38,724 bases of DNA from Phoronis australis (lineage: Eukaryota; Animalia; Phoronida): NCBI GenBank assembly GCA_002633005.1, contig NMRA01001148.1, positions 1 through 38,724 of the forward strand. The letters run 5' to 3'. Both the position numbers and the translations under genes were made by a program. Shown here piece by piece: positions 36,501-38,724 of the stretch; within the stretch, counting starts at the first letter, position 1; the number at the start of each line of letters is the position of its first letter. Below the pieces are notes generated by a model that searched no databases, had not been told where the DNA came from, and saw only the letters and a program-made list of their open reading frames with translations.

Positions 36501-37062
36501 ACATTAGTTATGGAAACCAGAAAACAACACAATACCCAGTTATTAAAGTGACACTTCGGTCTCCTGTAAGACCAGTTTAGTTATAAAACCAGATCCTCGA
36601 GTGTCTCCGATAAAACGAACGAAAGATCACGGTTTGCGAACTTAATTTGTATAAGAATGGAAACCAAGAGACAGGGTTATAGTTCTACTTTGCAAAGCGA
36701 AAGTGGTTCTAAGTAACAACATAAAATTGTGGCTTTAAATCTCATGCCAGCTCGTTCATTTATCGACAAATCTCGCAGCGCAAATCTCTCAATATTCCTT
36801 TCTGTGTCCTCCGAAAATTCTCCATGATTTCCGTTCTGTATTTTAAGGGGGGGGGGGGGGGGGGNGGGGGGGTGGCGCCTCCCCCTATTGTCGGCCGCAA
36901 AAAATAAAACAGCAAAAGCATCAGGAAATATCGAGTTTATTCATGAACCCCGGTAATTAACATTATATGGCCAATTGTATGTGCGTGTGGGGGGAGGCTA
37001 CGACCCGATTTCAAATGTCCGATTCAAACAACCGGCACAATCGCAACCGTAACTATAACTAA

Positions 37063-38210
37063 ACTAGAAAGATTATTGTCACGGCGTGACAATAACGGAC
37101 TCTGCGCATGCGTATTACTGGAATTATTATGGGAAGTTACTGACAGCAACCCGTTTACCAATATGAAAAGGAATTCTTTAAAATTGAACGAGAAATTACA
37201 TATTAATTTTTTGATGACTTTTCCACTGATTGACCTCTTCCGGTGCATTATGAGCCCCGATGAGGGAGTAATTGTTAACTCGATTAAAAGTGTGGTTAAT
37301 GCTAATAATCACAGATGTTTTACTTTAAGCACTTCAGAATACAAGATGAATGAAGTGGTCAAACTTTCAGAAGAAAAATGCACCTAATGACCACATGGGT
37401 GCACCAAATGACCTGAAAATTTTGAATTCAAAGTCAATCACACTTAGTAAACAGATACGTAATTCTGAAGTTTCTAACTCAAAATTTTAGTTTGCACTCA
37501 ATGACCTTTGACCTATTTTTTCTGATTGGTTAGGCCTATTGCGAAGTAAAGCAGGGTATTCACTTGGCATGTTGACTTACACAAGTGTGCTGAAATTGAA
37601 AAGAATTCCTTGAAAAACGTAAGAGATATAAGATTTTGAACGTTACATGACCTTTCCACTAATTGACCTCTTCCGGTACATTATAAGCCCCTATGAGGGA
37701 GTAATTGTTAACTCGATTAAAAGTGTGATTAATGCTAATAATCACAGATGTTTTACTTTAAGCATTTCAGAATACAAGATGAATGAAGTGATCAAACTTT
37801 CAGAAGAAAAATGCACCTAATGACCCCATGGGTGCACCAAATGACCTGAAAATTTAGAATTCAAGCTCAATCGCACTTAGTAAACAGACACGTAGTTCTG
37901 AAGCCTCTAGCTCAAAATTTTAATTTGCACCCAATGACCTTTGACCTACTTTTTGATTGGTTAAGACTATTGCGAAGTAAAGTAGGGTATTTAGTTATTA
38001 CTGGAATTATTATGGGAAGTTACTGACAGCAACCCCTTTACCAATATAAAAAGGAATTCCTTAAAACTGTAGGAGAAATTACATATTAATTTTTTGATGA
38101 CCTTTCCACGAATTGACCTCTTCCGGTGCATTATGAGCCCCTAAGAGGGAGTACTTGTTAACTCGATTAAAAGTGTGGTTAATGCTAATAATCACAGATG
38201 TTTTACTTTA
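37063..38210 (+). mobile_element. HINE/Helentron-like element with ~435-bp internal tandem array (~2.5 units)
   Basis: Starts ACTAGA plus hairpin TTATTGTCAC-GGC-GTGACAATAA; units ~37113-37560, 37561-37991, 37996-38210 with TGACCTTTGACCT motifs. Confidence 0.7.
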
Positions 38211-38473
38211 AAGAGGAAATTGCAAGGTCCAAACCAATCTGAACAACAATATGGTCTAAATTCTAGTTTATAATTATCATTGCTATATTCTTAACCTTTT
38301 CTGAATGGGGCTATTCGGAGAATTCTCCTCGTGGTGTCGCTGCTGTACTAGTGGTGATTGAATTGCGCATGCGTGGCTGTCTGCATGTAAACAAATGGTA
38401 AAAGCACAGGCGTCCTCAGCTTCTGATCGTCCCCAATACACTACATATAATACTACAAGGTAGGACACTCTCG

Positions 38474-38724
38474 ACTAGAAATTCCACGGGTGCTTCACTT
38501 CACCCGTCCATAGCAAACATAAAACTCAATAAATTTACACAAAACAGGGGTTCAACAAACCATGAAGAATTGTTCTTTCTCCCAATACCATTCACGGTGT
38601 CCTGTTCCGGCGACTTCGTAAGAAATTCGCAGTCAAAGAACAAAAATGTTCACAAAAAACCCCCGCGCACGTCCATCGGTTGCCGCTCGAGGTCAAGGAC
38701 GGTACGGAAATTGCCGGTGAGTTA
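38474..38724 (+). mobile_element. Probable start of another HINE-like element
   Basis: ACTAGAAATTCC followed by hairpin ACGGGTG-CTTCACTT-CACCCGT. Confidence 0.4.

Noticed and set aside
1-38724. CRISPR array, prokaryotic operon or viral genes
   Set aside because: No repeat-spacer array or dense long ORFs; content is spliceosomal and eukaryotic TE-derived.

Overview
AT-rich eukaryotic DNA, most consistent with a marine invertebrate genome (inference from the repeat types), from a fragmented and probably heterozygous short-read assembly. Most recognisable features are decayed mobile DNA: three APE-RT LINE remnants, five Penelope-like element (PLE) insertions of Naiad and Poseidon type carrying six hammerhead ribozyme motifs, Academ-like transposase fragments, Helentron/HINE-like repeats, Crypton-like hairpin elements and MITEs. 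The one well-supported host gene is split across ORFs in the ORF track because it is spliced: a three-exon + strand gene (30330-30341, 31970-32283, 32666-32798) with an upstream TATA box. It encodes a 152-aa prepropeptide: a 20-aa signal peptide, a 56-aa acidic propiece (23 D/E) and a 76-aa, 9-Cys, cystine-knot-like mature region (23 K/R, no D/E). I cannot assign it to a known family. A diverged duplication between the two ends of the window hints at a tandemly duplicated unit. All family assignments come from motif recognition by eye; no searches were run.
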